Source: Alistipes sp. (GTDB lineage Bacteria; Bacteroidota; Bacteroidia; Bacteroidales; Rikenellaceae). From it: a stretch of DNA of 48,081 nucleotides. The notes under the pieces were generated by a model. The model made no database searches, had not been told where the DNA came from, and saw only the letters and a program-made list of their open reading frames with translations. The stretch covers positions 1 to 48,081 of the forward strand of contig JAGBRY010000113.1 of NCBI GenBank assembly GCA_017632115.1. Direction: 5' to 3'. The translations under genes and the position numbers were made by a program. Numbering within the stretch: position 1 is the first letter of the stretch; each line of letters opens with the position of its first letter. This document shows, piece after piece, positions 47,060-48,081 of this stretch.

Positions 47060-48081
47060 ATGACACAGGAAGAGTTGTTTAAGAAGTTGATCGCACACTG
47101 CAAGGAGTATGGTTTTATCTTCCCTTCGAGCGAGATTTATGATGGTCTTGGAGCTGTTTATGACTACGGTCAGAATGGCGTTGAGTTGAAGAATAACATC
47201 AAGCGTTATTGGTGGGATTCGATGGTTAAGCTCCACGAGAATATCGTGGGTATCGACGCTGCCATCTTCATGCACCCACGCACTTGGGAGGCTTCGGGCC
47301 ACGTTGCAGCATTCAACGACCCACTCATCGACAACAAGGATTCGAAGAAGCGTTACCGTGCCGATGTCCTTATCGAGGACTACCTCGCAAAACTCGACGA
47401 GAAGGTTGAGAAGGAGGTTGAGAAGGCTCGCAAGCGTTTTGGTGAGTCGTTCGACGAGGAGCAGTACCGTGCAACCTCGCCTCGTGTAAAGGAGATTTTG
47501 GAGAAGCGTGAGGCCGTTCACACCCGCTTCGCAGAGGCTTTGAACAACAGCGACTTGGCTGAGTTGAAGCAGATCATTCTCGACTGCGAGATCGTTTGCC
47601 CTATCTCGGGTACTCGCAACTGGACCGATGTTCGCCAGTTCAACCTCATGTTCTCGACCCAGATGGGTTCGACTGCCGAGGGTGCGAACACCATCTACCT
47701 CCGTCCTGAGACTGCACAGGGTATCTTCGTAAACTACCTCAATGTACAGAAAACCGGTCGTATGAAACTCCCATTCGGTATCGCACAGATTGGTAAGGCG
47801 TTCCGTAACGAGATCGTTGCTCGTCAGTTCATCTTCCGTATGCGCGAGTTCGAGCAGATGGAGATGCAGTTCTTTGTACAGCCTGGCACCGAGATGAAGT
47901 GGTGGAACGAGTGGAAGAATACACGTATGGCTTGGCACCGTGCTTTGGGCTTTGGCGACAACAACTACCGCTTCCACGATCACGACAAGTTGGCACACTA
48001 CGCAAACGCAGCTACCGATATCGAGTTTAACTTCCCATTCGGCTTCAAGGAGGTTGAGGGTATCCACTCTCGTACCGACTT
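47060..48081 (+). CDS. glyQS: Glycine--tRNA ligase, alpha2 type (3' truncated by the window end; not in the ORF track)
   Basis: [83 protein letters not shown]. Confidence 0.97.
   Translation, partial: MTQEELFKKLIAHCKEYGFIFPSSEIYDGLGAVYDYGQNGVELKNNIKRYWWDSMVKLHENIVGIDAAIFMHPRTWEASGHVAAFNDPLIDNKDSKKRYRADVLIEDYLAKLDEKVEKEVEKARKRFGESFDEEQYRATSPRVKEILEKREAVHTRFAEALNNSDLAELKQIILDCEIVCPISGTRNWTDVRQFNLMFSTQMGSTAEGANTIYLRPETAQGIFVNYLNVQKTGRMKLPFGIAQIGKAFRNEIVARQFIFRMREFEQMEMQFFVQPGTEMKWWNEWKNTRMAWHRALGFGDNNYRFHDHDKLAHYANAATDIEFNFPFGFKEVEGIHSRTD

Noticed and set aside
46976-48067. 363-aa minus-strand ORF
   Set aside because: Antisense to glyQS, which is the real gene but was missed by the ORF track because it has no stop inside the window.

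Overview
Chromosomal window from a Bacteroidota organism, probably Rikenellaceae/Alistipes-like (inferred from gene content, codon usage and TAnnTTTG -7 promoter boxes). Bases 1 to about 8160 are the visibly AT-rich end of an integrated element. It carries an excisionase-like HTH gene and a defence cluster: McrBC (McrB has an unusual two-domain N-terminus), a divergent C5 DNA methyltransferase plus NgoFVII-family PLD endonuclease, and an ABC/AAA ATPase plus DUF4276-like TOPRIM pair. After these comes about 690 bp without a credible gene. It holds an array of about 8 different, roughly evenly spaced palindromes (7532-7880), then a promoter-to-terminator unit that looks like a small RNA (about 7946-8125). 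The palindrome array is the most unusual feature here. Bases 8165-48081 are housekeeping genes: MsbA-like ABC transporter, nrnA, nth, GT2, uvrD/pcrA, recG, rubredoxin, rpmH, ispG, rsgA, TrmH-family methylase, apbE, cysQ, GH20, acyl-CoA ligase, lepA, waaA, yraN, pepE, acpP-fabF-rnc-radC, GH109 and glyQS (partial). This core region shows four-copy heptamer repeats next to promoters, including two re-used promoter modules, strong avoidance of ACGT and CGCG, and several apparent pseudoenzymes. No tRNA, rRNA or CRISPR array was seen. All calls are by eye from motifs; no database searches were run.
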